A stretch of DNA of 64,000 nucleotides from an uncultured bacterium (GCA_963702025.1 OY969699.1:1120001-1184000); one strand, 5' to 3'; positions 10,076-20,281 are shown, numbered from the stretch's first letter. Notes: a model not told the origin generated them from the letters alone. Numbers and translations: made by a program.

Positions 10076-10295
10076 GGCCGGCCCTTCTCATTAGATTGGT
10101 ATTGCTTCATTTTTTTCCTTTTTCTCTATTGACAATACCTTGTTTGCAACCCAACATCAACACCATATAAAAAATTGTGCGATTGTTCGATTCTATCTCA
10201 TAAAAATTCGGTTTGACGGTAAGCCGAATAATTGTATAGACTGCACAAGAGCATTTATAGATAATTATTACCCAAGCAAACTATTAGAAAAAACA

Positions 10296-11402
10296 ATGAA
10301 AAAGAGATTAGTAGCACCACTAACATTACTATTATTTGGCAATACCTATTATGGACGCAGCGTCCATCGCCCCAAAGACCCATTAATGCCCGAAATTGTT
10401 GCCCGCTGGGCAGGAGATTCCACCTCGTACAGTGTTCGCAACTATCATTTTGAAGAATATCCTCTGCAATTATTTGACCCACAAGAGTTCAAGGAGCATT
10501 TACTTCCACCGGGAACTTTGAGTTTTCGCAGCAATCCACAACAAACGGTCACCCGGGAACAACTGACCACCCAGATTGAGCAATTACTCGTTGAGTTGAA
10601 TGAAGGAAAACGATTATTTTCAAACTTTGTTGTTTTACAAGCCAAAGACTATAATTTTAAAAAGACAAAGGGACTGCTAATTCTTAAATTCAAAGATTAT
10701 CCTTTTGTTGTAAAATTATTTATGGAAACTCCCGACAGCTTTATTTCACCATTTGATAAAGGTATGGAGCCGATTTTCTTCTTTTTTATGGGAGGTGGAA
10801 TTAACCGGCACCTATCGGGGTTCACTCGCATAAAAAACAGAGAAATAATTTTAGCCCGACTTGCTGATTCACCGTGGGGTTCTATTGTAGATATACCGCG
10901 AAAATGGTATTGGGTACCCTCAAAAATCAAATGGATCGAGGTTAAGGGTATCAATGTCGGATCAATAAAAGAGCAAAAAATACAGTTTCCAGGCACCTAT
11001 TGCATTATCGCCGACGCTATTGACGCTGAACGAAACCCATCTCTTTTTAACGTAGAAGACAAAAAAATGGCACTTGATTTATGTAACTTTTTGGATGTAT
11101 GGATAGATCCCCATATGAAAAATTTTATGATAGAAAAAGAAACTAAAAAGTTCATCATAGTGGACACAGAACATTTTCCGAGTACGGTTGGACTTCGAGA
11201 AAAAATTACTTTTGCCAGTTACAGTAACTGGTACTTATATTTAGCAGGTAAATGTTGGCAGAATGCCTTTATGCAAACAAAACGAGAACGGAGAAATCCC
11301 CCCAAGAGATCAAAAGAAATGAGTTTGGTAGATTATCAAATAGCTAGTAATAGGAAGTCGAATGAAAAGATATACCCTAATTCTTTGTCTGCTTCTAGTT
11401 AA
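10296..11402 (+). CDS. Secreted hypothetical protein with protein-kinase-like motifs
   Basis: Signal-like MKKRLVAPLTLLLFG. FVVKLF, DPHMKNF and IVDTE occur in kinase order. Confidence 0.65.
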   Translation: MKKRLVAPLTLLLFGNTYYGRSVHRPKDPLMPEIVARWAGDSTSYSVRNYHFEEYPLQLFDPQEFKEHLLPPGTLSFRSNPQQTVTREQLTTQIEQLLVELNEGKRLFSNFVVLQAKDYNFKKTKGLLILKFKDYPFVVKLFMETPDSFISPFDKGMEPIFFFFMGGGINRHLSGFTRIKNREIILARLADSPWGSIVDIPRKWYWVPSKIKWIEVKGINVGSIKEQKIQFPGTYCIIADAIDAERNPSLFNVEDKKMALDLCNFLDVWIDPHMKNFMIEKETKKFIIVDTEHFPSTVGLREKITFASYSNWYLYLAGKCWQNAFMQTKRERRNPPKRSKEMSLVDYQIASNRKSNEKIYPNSLSASS

Positions 11403-11841
11403 CACAACTGATCAATGGTGCTGTTGCTGCCAAATCCCCCTCAGCGATGATGAAGTTGTATCATCTCAGGAAGAAAGCCCATCTTCAAAAAGAAATTCAG
11501 CGATCAAAAATGATGAGGTAGACGATGGGAAAATTGCAAAACTCAATCGCGAGACAGCCAAAGAAATAACTATTAATCGCATCGATAAAAAACCCATTTT
11601 AATGCAGCGATTTATTTCCGACCATGTGCCCATGGAATGGCATTTAGAAATTAGCGAGAATCCTGAACAATGCATTATAATTTCAGATCCTGAAATAAAA
11701 AAGACTAACGACGCGCATCCACTCAGTTGGTACAGTTGGAAAATTGAAGGCACAAAACAGGGAACCGCTATTCTTCGACTACATGCCATAAGAAACAATC
11801 TCTATTGTGAATCGGATACCGTTACGGTGAAGGTCAAATAG
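11362..11841 (+). CDS. Secreted protein with Cys4 motif and chagasin/I42-like C-terminal domain
   Basis: Signal peptide, then WCCCCQ, then WKIEGTKQGTAILRLH...TVTVKVK. Confidence 0.55.
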   Translation: MKRYTLILCLLLVNTTDQWCCCCQIPLSDDEVVSSQEESPSSKRNSAIKNDEVDDGKIAKLNRETAKEITINRIDKKPILMQRFISDHVPMEWHLEISENPEQCIIISDPEIKKTNDAHPLSWYSWKIEGTKQGTAILRLHAIRNNLYCESDTVTVKVK

Positions 11842-11842
11842 A

Positions 11843-13213
11843 TCACCCTGCTATTTCTTCTTCCAACCGTTGCAATTGATTTTTGAATTCGGCATTTTCG
11901 TGCAGATGGTTTTCTATTTTTTCCAGCGCATGCATAACGGTTGAATGGTCCCTGCCGCCCAAAAAAATTCCTATATCGCGCAGTGATTTGTCGGTTATTT
12001 TTTTCATTAAAAACATTGTCAATTGCCGTGCAAAAGAGAGTTCTTTGCTTCTGTTTTTTGAACGTAAGGCTATTAAATCATATGAATAATATTTGTTAAC
12101 GCACTGCACGATCCGTTCCAAACCAACCTCAACTTTTTTACCTTCGCTGGAACGAACCAAAACTCTTTGCGCAATTTCTAAACTAATTGGCTGCTTGGTT
12201 AATGAAGCAAAGGCCATCACTCTAATTAAGGAACCTTCTAACTCCCGCACATTTGAAATCACGCGAGAAGCAATAAAATGGGCAACTTCATCAGGTAGTA
12301 TTTCACTATTCAATTCCGCTTTCTTTTTTAAAATTGCAATTTTTGTTTCGAGCGTCGGCACATGCATATCTACCACTAAGCCCCATGACAAACGATATTT
12401 TAAACGCTCGGCAATACCGGCAATATCATGGGGAAATAGATCACTTGAAAAAACAATCTGCTTTTGCGCATCATATAATGCATTAAAAATATGAAAAAAA
12501 GCTTCTTGGGTTTGTTCTTTATTGGAAATGAATTGAATATCATCGATCAATAATGCATCTACCGTTTTATACTTTGCCTGAAATTGGTGAACTTTATCAA
12601 AGCGAATTGCATTAATAAATTCATTCACAAAACGATCGGCAGTTTGGTACAACGTAACTGCTTTTTTATGGCGAGTTTTTATTTCATTACCGATGGCATG
12701 CAGAAGATGTGTTTTACCTAACCCCGAGCCGCCATAAATAAAGAGCGGATTATAAATTGAACCGGGTTTTTCAGCAACGGCATGCGCAGCGGCATAAGCC
12801 AATGAATTATTTGGACCCACCACAAATGTATCAAACGCATAGGATCGGTTCCCCCTTTTTTTTTGCAAATCAGCCGAAGGAAGAATTTTTTCTGCTGGCT
12901 TAATCTGAATTAACTCAGATGACAACGGCGATGATGTGGTTACTAGCTCACTTTCGGGCGATGGGGCCTGTGCGCAAAAAACGACCTTAACCTCATCAAC
13001 ATTCAACAACCGCTTTAAATGATCTTCTATTAACTGAATATAGTTTCCGCGGAGCCAATCTTGCACAAAAGTATTTGCCGTCTGCAAATACACAATGTTT
13101 TGCGTTGGATCCCAGCGCTGCAAAGAAACTGCTTTGAACCATGTTTCAACAACACGGCTGCCCACTTCTTCTTTGGCGATCTTAAGAAACTCTACCCAAA
13201 TATCATGTACCAC
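11843..13213 (-). CDS. dnaA: Chromosomal replication initiator DnaA
   Basis: FDTFVVG, YNPLFIYGGSGLGKTHL, LLIDDIQF, NVRELEG and GGRDHSTVMHA motifs. Confidence 0.97.
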   Translation of the reverse strand: MVHDIWVEFLKIAKEEVGSRVVETWFKAVSLQRWDPTQNIVYLQTANTFVQDWLRGNYIQLIEDHLKRLLNVDEVKVVFCAQAPSPESELVTTSSPLSSELIQIKPAEKILPSADLQKKRGNRSYAFDTFVVGPNNSLAYAAAHAVAEKPGSIYNPLFIYGGSGLGKTHLLHAIGNEIKTRHKKAVTLYQTADRFVNEFINAIRFDKVHQFQAKYKTVDALLIDDIQFISNKEQTQEAFFHIFNALYDAQKQIVFSSDLFPHDIAGIAERLKYRLSWGLVVDMHVPTLETKIAILKKKAELNSEILPDEVAHFIASRVISNVRELEGSLIRVMAFASLTKQPISLEIAQRVLVRSSEGKKVEVGLERIVQCVNKYYSYDLIALRSKNRSKELSFARQLTMFLMKKITDKSLRDIGIFLGGRDHSTVMHALEKIENHLHENAEFKNQLQRLEEEIAG

Positions 13214-13398
13214 GAATTTTACTCAACCTAAAACAAATACAATAAAACAATTGTGCTCAAGCGCCTCCACTATCTCCCGTTTTCTTTAGCACTGCTTGAT
13301 ACAAAGAAAATTGGTATTTTTGGTTTGTGGTATCTAAATGTAGCAAAACAATTATGTTTGTAAAAGCAACACGCAAAAAAAGCTTGTTATTTACGGTT

Positions 13399-14556
13399 TT
13401 AACTCGCTTTTGAGAATTCTATGAGACCCTGGCAAATTCCCGCACTGATACTTTTTTGAATTTTTTTATCTTTGAGGCAGAGAGTGTCTTGCACATTTGA
13501 TAAAAAACCCATTTCAATTAAGATGCTAGGTCCTTTTACACCAAGCAAAACCTGTGAAGCGGCAAACTTTACCTTGCGATCGCTTAAATTATAACCAGTA
13601 GCGCGAACATTTTTTAAAATATGAGCATGAGTTGCTTGTGCGAGCAATTTACTCTGTTGGCAAAGCTGCTGATCATAGGAATCGATCATTACATCTATAG
13701 CAGTTGCCAGTTGATTTCTCTCACGCTTAAATAACTGTGGCATAAGGCAAAATGTCTCAAGGCCGGTCACAGCAGTATTTGCAGCGTTATTAGCGTGTAA
13801 AGAAATCAAAATAGTTTGCGGATACCGGTTAGCAATAAGCGTTCGCTGATCTAATGCAACAAATCTATCATCGGCTCTGGTAAGAATATAGGGAATATTG
13901 TTCGCCTTTAATTCTTGCGCAAGCTCACGCCCAACGGCTAACGTAATTTCCTTTTCGAGTGTATTGAAACAGCCGACCGTACCCAAATCGGCGCCACCAT
14001 GGCCACAATCAATTACTACCATCGGCTTTTTTATCTGGGCAGTTTGTAAAAGTGGCTTACCACTTTTTTTGAGCACATCGAGTAAGATGTTATTATAAAA
14101 GCGAATTTCGAGTGCTTTTGCACCACCAATTGCATCGAAAAAGTCGGTCACCGCCATTATTTTTTTAGAATCGTAACCAATTTTAATAAGTAAGCCGGGA
14201 CCAGGGTCCTGAGTTGGTGTTATTTTAACCCAAAAAAGATCGTTATGACGCGCAGTGTTAAATTCATTAATGGTCTTTTCTATTGATGAATCAATAATTG
14301 CATTGGGTACAAAAAAAACTATCTCTTCATTCATTTTTGCAGCAGTCCCCTCCTTGATTTTTTTTAGCACAGGCGTCTGTTTAAAATATAGAACCGTTTT
14401 TGCAAGGATAAGATCAGCTGATTTTTCATGCATTATCGGCGAAAGATTATGATGGAAAACCTTTTGTAATTCATTTTTTTCCGACACGGTAACCGATACC
14501 GCAGTGAGCCATATGTTAGCCATACAAAAAATAACTAACACCCTTTTTTTATTCAT
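13399..14556 (-). CDS. N-acetylmuramoyl-L-alanine amidase (Amidase_3)
   Basis: IDCGHGG..EK, LTRADD, SLHANN and ILIEMGFLSN motifs, plus a signal peptide. Confidence 0.9.
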   Translation of the reverse strand: MNKKRVLVIFCMANIWLTAVSVTVSEKNELQKVFHHNLSPIMHEKSADLILAKTVLYFKQTPVLKKIKEGTAAKMNEEIVFFVPNAIIDSSIEKTINEFNTARHNDLFWVKITPTQDPGPGLLIKIGYDSKKIMAVTDFFDAIGGAKALEIRFYNNILLDVLKKSGKPLLQTAQIKKPMVVIDCGHGGADLGTVGCFNTLEKEITLAVGRELAQELKANNIPYILTRADDRFVALDQRTLIANRYPQTILISLHANNAANTAVTGLETFCLMPQLFKRERNQLATAIDVMIDSYDQQLCQQSKLLAQATHAHILKNVRATGYNLSDRKVKFAASQVLLGVKGPSILIEMGFLSNVQDTLCLKDKKIQKSISAGICQGLIEFSKAS

Positions 14557-15647
14557 TATATTTCCTTAGCTAATGGTTCAGCAATATACGCAAGCCGATG
14601 GGACCGCTCCCATGCGTGCAAGAAATTTTTAAGATGGTATCTTTTTCTGCCCAGTTTCGCTTGGGCAACCGCCGGATCATGGCAAATTACTTCTTTAGTT
14701 TTACTGTCAAAGCCAACCACCACTAAAAGATGCCCATTATGGTAAACGCGCGGCGCACCGGGCAAAGCCCCCCGCACACTCACCACAACCGGAATCCCTT
14801 TTTTTAGAAAGTCGCAAAGATTTAAGAACGAATTCATCCGCGCCACCGCAAAGAGAATTTTACCGTCAGAAAGTTCATAAGCATGCGCCATATTAAATGG
14901 CCAACTGCCATGTTGACCAAGGCCGTGGTCAAATGATTTTTCTGCAAACGAAACTGGATCAATCTGTTGTGCGGTTAAATATGAGGTGAGCATGGTGCAT
15001 GATGTTGGCGAGCATAAGCCATCATTGCGCGGGTGATCCAGCTCAAATTGTGAAAGCCGTGGCACCCCTTTTACCAGTACCGATGGTGTTTTGGCAAACA
15101 ACGATTCAGTTTCGGGGAAAAACAAGTTAAAATTCGCCACATTTACCGCAAATGATTTAATCAAGGAAAGATTAGCATCACCGTTTGGAATAATTTTTAT
15201 CCCAAAGGCATCAGCGGTAATATCACTCTGTGATTCGAGCCGTACATGATGATAACTTGAAATATGGTCGGGGTTTGTTTTAAATGATTTTTGTATTGTG
15301 TCGCCCCATGCAATCATTCGATGCCATTTACTCCATTCTTTTGTTGTAGCATTACGAACACGGGCAAAAAATATGAAGTTTCCGTGCACGGGGCGCAAAG
15401 AGTTCCAACTAAAAATAAGTTGCGTAAATGGTTTAACATTAACCTTGGTGAGGGTGATATCCTTTTTTAAGCTATTTTCTTGCTGCTCGGCAGTGGTAAA
15501 TTGCTTGCGGTGCAACCAAGTCCATTGTTGAGACTTGTTTTCTAAACAAGAGCCGTTTATAACGGTACATAGCAATACGCAAATACCGAGCATTCTTTGA
15601 ATGAGAAAGCATAGTTTCATGACCCGACTCCACAGTAAATCAAGCAT
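14556..15647 (-). CDS. Peptidase C39-like family protein
   Basis: VPRLSQ...CSPTS, GHLLVVVG and HDP form a papain-like triad. N-terminal hydrophobic segment. Exact start uncertain. Confidence 0.8.
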   Translation of the reverse strand: MLDLLWSRVMKLCFLIQRMLGICVLLCTVINGSCLENKSQQWTWLHRKQFTTAEQQENSLKKDITLTKVNVKPFTQLIFSWNSLRPVHGNFIFFARVRNATTKEWSKWHRMIAWGDTIQKSFKTNPDHISSYHHVRLESQSDITADAFGIKIIPNGDANLSLIKSFAVNVANFNLFFPETESLFAKTPSVLVKGVPRLSQFELDHPRNDGLCSPTSCTMLTSYLTAQQIDPVSFAEKSFDHGLGQHGSWPFNMAHAYELSDGKILFAVARMNSFLNLCDFLKKGIPVVVSVRGALPGAPRVYHNGHLLVVVGFDSKTKEVICHDPAVAQAKLGRKRYHLKNFLHAWERSHRLAYIAEPLAKEI

Positions 15648-15776
15648 TTATTTACTAATATAATAATTTTATTTTAAAATTTAATCAACAGTTTCTTCTT
15701 GAAACTCCCAAATCTCTGTTATTTAAAGTATATAATTGGTGATACTATTAGTAAGCATAGCGCAAAGGGGGATACT

Positions 15777-17039
15777 ATGAGCGAATACAGACCATTTTTG
15801 TTGTTCTTAGGCCTAATAACCATGCAAATACCCACGGTAGCAAAAAAAGCACTAGTGGTAGTTCCGGTGGCAGATTTACTTGGGGCACCGATAAAAACAT
15901 TCGGCATTGCGCCAACCGTTAAAGAATCATACCAAAATATCGCATTATGTGGCGGAAAAAACAACTCGAGCCAAGGATGTCCGCGCATTCATCAAGCATT
16001 GTTTAACGAAGAAGTAGAAATTATTTCACTCAATGAAGGAAAAAATGGAGATGATGGTGAAGTATGTATTGCCTATGAGCCGGTATTTTTTATCACGCAT
16101 ACGCTCCATAAGCCGCAAAATCTCTTTTGGACCAGCGCTAAAAATATAAAACTATTGGCGACTTTGAAAAAAAAGAACGTATTACTTGAACATATCCCCG
16201 CAACCCCATCATTTAAATCACATGCTCACGAGCAAAACTTTCCAACTATTGTACTCAAAAAACCTTTTTTTGATGCATCCCTTAATCTTACCTTTTCTGC
16301 CGGCACTCGATTTGTTATTGATACTTCTAACGGCGATGAAAAAAATTATTTGGCATTTGTTCTAGATACAATAACGCTTAGTGAGAGGTTAACTCCAATT
16401 CCTAAAAATTATGCCGTACCAGTTGTAGCCAAAGCACCACAAGAAGCTATTAGATGCTTTGTTGCACTTTTAAAAGAATGGGCGCACTGTCCGCATGGCC
16501 AGATCGCCTATGTTTGGGGCGGATGTAGCTTTAGCCAATGCTGTCCGGAGCATGATTTTACAGAAACAGAAATCAATAACAACGGGAAAACAGCAACCGT
16601 ATGTATCTGCAGCTCTTGTAATGTATGCCCACAAACGGGCCCTGATTGCGCCGGATTGATTCTACTGGCGGCGCAGATATGCGGCATTCCCTACTTTTTT
16701 AAAAATACCTATACTTTAGCTCATTATTTAAAACCGTTACGGCATCACGACACTTTGCACGAGGGTGACCTTATATGGATACCGGGACACGTAATGGTGG
16801 TTAGTGATATTAAAAATAATTTATTAATCGAGGCTCGTGGTTACAGCCATGGATTTGGGATTGTCCATGAAATTCCCCTCTCAAAAGTCTTCGCGGGTAT
16901 TCATACTTATGAGCACTTAAAACACGCCTATGCAAATCAATCCCATCTTGCACGGATGAATAAGCAAGGAGTAATTGTAGAAAATATTAAGCACTGCAAA
17001 CTCCTTAGGCTCTCATCAGCATGGGATTATGCTTATTAA
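15777..17039 (+). CDS. NlpC/P60 cysteine peptidase (YkfC/dipeptidyl-peptidase VI-like)
   Basis: VVVPVADL, HQALFNE, YVWGG, PDCAGL and GDLIWIPGHV motifs, plus a signal peptide. Confidence 0.85.
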   Translation: MSEYRPFLLFLGLITMQIPTVAKKALVVVPVADLLGAPIKTFGIAPTVKESYQNIALCGGKNNSSQGCPRIHQALFNEEVEIISLNEGKNGDDGEVCIAYEPVFFITHTLHKPQNLFWTSAKNIKLLATLKKKNVLLEHIPATPSFKSHAHEQNFPTIVLKKPFFDASLNLTFSAGTRFVIDTSNGDEKNYLAFVLDTITLSERLTPIPKNYAVPVVAKAPQEAIRCFVALLKEWAHCPHGQIAYVWGGCSFSQCCPEHDFTETEINNNGKTATVCICSSCNVCPQTGPDCAGLILLAAQICGIPYFFKNTYTLAHYLKPLRHHDTLHEGDLIWIPGHVMVVSDIKNNLLIEARGYSHGFGIVHEIPLSKVFAGIHTYEHLKHAYANQSHLARMNKQGVIVENIKHCKLLRLSSAWDYAY

Positions 17040-17120
17040 CTAACTTCCGGCGGTAGTAACAACAGTAGTTTTACGGTATACTCCATCCCAGTTATCACCT
17101 TGTTCAAAAGGATACACGCC

Positions 17121-18335
17121 ATGAAAACAAATTCGTTATTATTTCTTATTTTCTTTGCGGCCACTACCAATTCTACTAACTTTGAGCGCACTGCATTCTG
17201 CATTACTACCGTTGCGGATATTGTGCGGCATCAGATCACGGATGATACTGCTTCTTATCAGGAAGTAAAACAGGCATATGAATCCTTACCCGCTTCCTGG
17301 GGCCCGGCGCTCAAAGATAAAGTAACCTGCCCTCGCGAGCACCAGCTTTTGCTCCACGAAATAGTAACAATACTCAAAGAAACTAATGCTGAAGCATTTG
17401 TTGCGGTAAAAAATTGTATGACCAAAAATGAAGATAATGAATCGGTTTCGGTGCAAGGTTGGATGCGCAAGGATCAGCTTGAAGATATTCAGTATCTTGA
17501 TGGATATGTCCCCGGTTTACCCAAACCCATTAATTGGCAATCGGGCGCCATAGAATCAGAAGTAACCTTAATTAGTCCTTATCGGGATGACGAAGGCATT
17601 TTTTATTCTGCAGGCACGCGCTTTGTTTTATTAGAAGAAACAGAGGATTCTTATCGAGTAGCAGCATATAGTAAAGCAATGCATCGATTCAAAGCAATCG
17701 AGCTACCACAAACAATCTGCGCCTATAAAACACATACACTAAGCATTGATGAGCGCCGCGAACTATTTTGCCGTTTGGCAACCATGTGGGCATCAATACC
17801 CGATGCGTGCATACCATTGGTCTGGGGCGGCGCAAGCGTCGGCAAAGCATGGGAGCAGGATGACTATTTTGCGGTCAATTATTCTACGAGCGAAAATGAG
17901 AGAGTAACAGCATGGGCAAGACCATTATATGGCAGCAATGGTCCTTACATGGGCCTTGATGCGTCAGGCGGCATCTTGCGTGCGCTGCAATCGATCGGCA
18001 TCGCCTATTTTTGCCGAAATTCGCTCACCGCATATGCAGAACTTGAGCAGTATGCACTGCACGAAACATTCAAAAAAGGTGATTTAATCTGGTTACCCGG
18101 TGCACTACTCATTATTACGAGCCTTGAAGACAACCTCGTTGTCACTGCAATGAGTTATACATCCGGCTACGGCGCTTGGACAACATTACAACTCCATGCG
18201 GTCTTTAAAGGTATTTATTCGTATCAAGATCTACGCAACGCATACCAACACAATAAAGAATTAACACTCCTCAATAAAGATGGCAGCATTGCGCGCACCG
18301 CACCTTTTGCCATATTGAAGTTGCCATTACGATGA
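17121..18335 (+). CDS. NlpC/P60 paralog lacking catalytic Cys and His
   Basis: Colinear with the upstream gene (CPRxHQ, SAGTRFV, VWGG), but LDASG replaces DC and WLPGAL replaces GH. Confidence 0.8.
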   Translation: MKTNSLLFLIFFAATTNSTNFERTAFCITTVADIVRHQITDDTASYQEVKQAYESLPASWGPALKDKVTCPREHQLLLHEIVTILKETNAEAFVAVKNCMTKNEDNESVSVQGWMRKDQLEDIQYLDGYVPGLPKPINWQSGAIESEVTLISPYRDDEGIFYSAGTRFVLLEETEDSYRVAAYSKAMHRFKAIELPQTICAYKTHTLSIDERRELFCRLATMWASIPDACIPLVWGGASVGKAWEQDDYFAVNYSTSENERVTAWARPLYGSNGPYMGLDASGGILRALQSIGIAYFCRNSLTAYAELEQYALHETFKKGDLIWLPGALLIITSLEDNLVVTAMSYTSGYGAWTTLQLHAVFKGIYSYQDLRNAYQHNKELTLLNKDGSIARTAPFAILKLPLR

Positions 18336-19088
18336 ATAGCGTGACCACCAAGAGCGCGTTATTTCTTTAAAAATGCTCACCGCAAAACTAATCACGATAT
18401 ACAGTGTCGCCGCGGCAAGAAATAAAGGATACCCTTTGCTTAATGCCCATACGGCAAAAAGAGCTGCCAGTAGTAAAGCGCCGCCGGTTGCAAGACGCAT
18501 TTTGATATATTTTGATGAAGGAAATTTTACCGAAGAGATCATAAGCAGCGCAATAATCGTTACCATAAATGCAATGCGATCTGCTTTGAGAGCAGTAGAA
18601 AATACTGATGATGCAATCCATTTTTCTGAGATAACCACATTGGCAAAAAAGAAGGCGGCTATTGTTGTTGGCAAGCCGATAAATGATGTGCCCTGATCAA
18701 TTGTTGTGGAATTAAAACGGGCAAGCCGAAAAAGTCCGGAACATAAATAAAGCCCCAAAACAACCATGCCGGCACTACCAAGTTCGTATAATGACCAACT
18801 ATACAATAATACGGCCGGTGCAAACACAAATGAAATTGCGTCGCACAGTGAATCAAGTTCCATTCCAAGCACACTCGTTGATCCGATCATTCGGGCCAAT
18901 CTTCCATCGCAAAGATCAAGACATGCCGCAATTATTATAAAAAAAGCGGCCATAAGATATTGTTCATCGAGGGTTTTAAGAACCGACATAAAGCCGCAAA
19001 TTGCATTACCAAAGGTGAAAAAAAAAGGAATTAAATGAAGATTTTTTTTCCCGGAATTTTGTAATTTATTAAATGAAATAATTTTCAT
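18327..19088 (-). CDS. pssA: CDP-diacylglycerol--serine O-phosphatidyltransferase
   Basis: CDP-alcohol motif DLCDGRLAR...G.ELDSLCD, RLARFN and FIGLP. Adjacent to psd. Confidence 0.92.
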   Translation of the reverse strand: MKIISFNKLQNSGKKNLHLIPFFFTFGNAICGFMSVLKTLDEQYLMAAFFIIIAACLDLCDGRLARMIGSTSVLGMELDSLCDAISFVFAPAVLLYSWSLYELGSAGMVVLGLYLCSGLFRLARFNSTTIDQGTSFIGLPTTIAAFFFANVVISEKWIASSVFSTALKADRIAFMVTIIALLMISSVKFPSSKYIKMRLATGGALLLAALFAVWALSKGYPLFLAAATLYIVISFAVSIFKEITRSWWSRYSS

Positions 19089-19714
19089 ACCAGCCTCCCC
19101 AACACTGTTTTGCCACCATATACTTTTTGACCAATTTCTACGCTCAGGATACTCCCTTCAGGCAACACTACATCAACTCGTGAGCTAAATTTTATCATGC
19201 CATATTTTTGGCCTGCCGCAACAGTTTCATGTGGCTTAGCCCAACAAACAATGCGACGCGCAACAGTGCCGGCAATTTGCCGAACAAGAATCTTTTTGCC
19301 GCTCGCATGGCGAATTATCAAATCATTATGTTCATTTAATTCTGAACTCTTCGGCAAAAATGCCATCATAAATTTTCCCGGCACATAGATGATTTGCTCT
19401 ATCACGCCTGCCACCGGAGTCCAGTTTACATGAACATTCAGCGGTGAAAGAAAGATAGAAACTTTTTGTTTATCAGGGCTGATAGCAACTATAGTACCAT
19501 CTGCCGGACATACGATCACATTAGGATCCGCTAATGCTTCCGGGCAAATCCGATCAGGGTTGCGAAAGAAATAGAAACAAAAAACAAAAAGAATAAGTGC
19601 GATAAAAGTAAGTGGTTTAAAGAACAACCAACCAACTGCAGCCAATAGTCCCAATCCAATAACTAACCAGAGACTTTCGGTCCAAATAAGATTTGTGGTG
19701 ATCGTTGAAAGCAT
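19085..19714 (-). CDS. psd: Phosphatidylserine decarboxylase proenzyme
   Basis: FFRNP, PADG, IFLSPLNVHVN, QIAG.VARRI and GMIKFSSRVD motifs. Confidence 0.92.
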   Translation of the reverse strand: MLSTITTNLIWTESLWLVIGLGLLAAVGWLFFKPLTFIALILFVFCFYFFRNPDRICPEALADPNVIVCPADGTIVAISPDKQKVSIFLSPLNVHVNWTPVAGVIEQIIYVPGKFMMAFLPKSSELNEHNDLIIRHASGKKILVRQIAGTVARRIVCWAKPHETVAAGQKYGMIKFSSRVDVVLPEGSILSVEIGQKVYGGKTVLGRLV

Positions 19715-19745
19715 ATGTATTTCTCTTTATTCTACTTTGCAAGAA

Positions 19746-19777
19746 AATAGGGTACCCTTTTCAGGATACCCATTTTT
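19746..19777. terminator. Hairpin flanked by A and T tracts
   Basis: aaatagggtacc...ggatacccattttt lies downstream of ORF 19804-20238. Confidence 0.45.
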
Positions 19778-19803
19778 ATCTTCAAATGAAATCATATCAC
19801 CTG

Positions 19804-20238
19804 TTATCGTCGCTGAACGCAAGGTTCAGGCCGATCATCATTGGCATAAGTAACTCTAATCTTTATATGGGGAAGCACATAGCGATAAAATATAACACCA
19901 CCGGCAACCAATCCGCCAAAGATCCAATAATGTTTTGCCATCGTGTCGCCCATCTGTGAAAAACTGCTTGCGCAATCGCGCGTCAATCGGGATGCGGCAA
20001 GGCCTAGAGAATGGGCACCTTTGATAAAATGCTCTTTTGTCCCGGCAAAATTATCTGCGATTGATTCAACAGGCAAATCTTTAGCAGCTTGCAAAGCAGC
20101 ATCTACTTTATCTTGGATCATCTGTGCAATTTCCGGACTTTTTAATAGTTCGGCTACTTCGGCAGATGTGAAACCAGAAAGTTGACGGCTCATCAATATG
20201 GGCAATGCTAATAAGACGATTTTATTTATTATGTTCAT
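19804..20238 (-). CDS. Hypothetical membrane protein
   Basis: Signal-like N-terminus and a C-terminal TM (WIFGGLVAGGVIFY). Confidence 0.6.
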   Translation of the reverse strand: MNIINKIVLLALPILMSRQLSGFTSAEVAELLKSPEIAQMIQDKVDAALQAAKDLPVESIADNFAGTKEHFIKGAHSLGLAASRLTRDCASSFSQMGDTMAKHYWIFGGLVAGGVIFYRYVLPHIKIRVTYANDDRPEPCVQRR

Positions 20239-20281
20239 AATGTTACCGCTATTTTCTAAATAAAATTTAAACCCTTATGCA

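Noticed and set aside
13214..13398. oriC upstream of dnaA
   Set aside because: No perfect DnaA boxes were seen, so this cannot be supported without GC-skew data.
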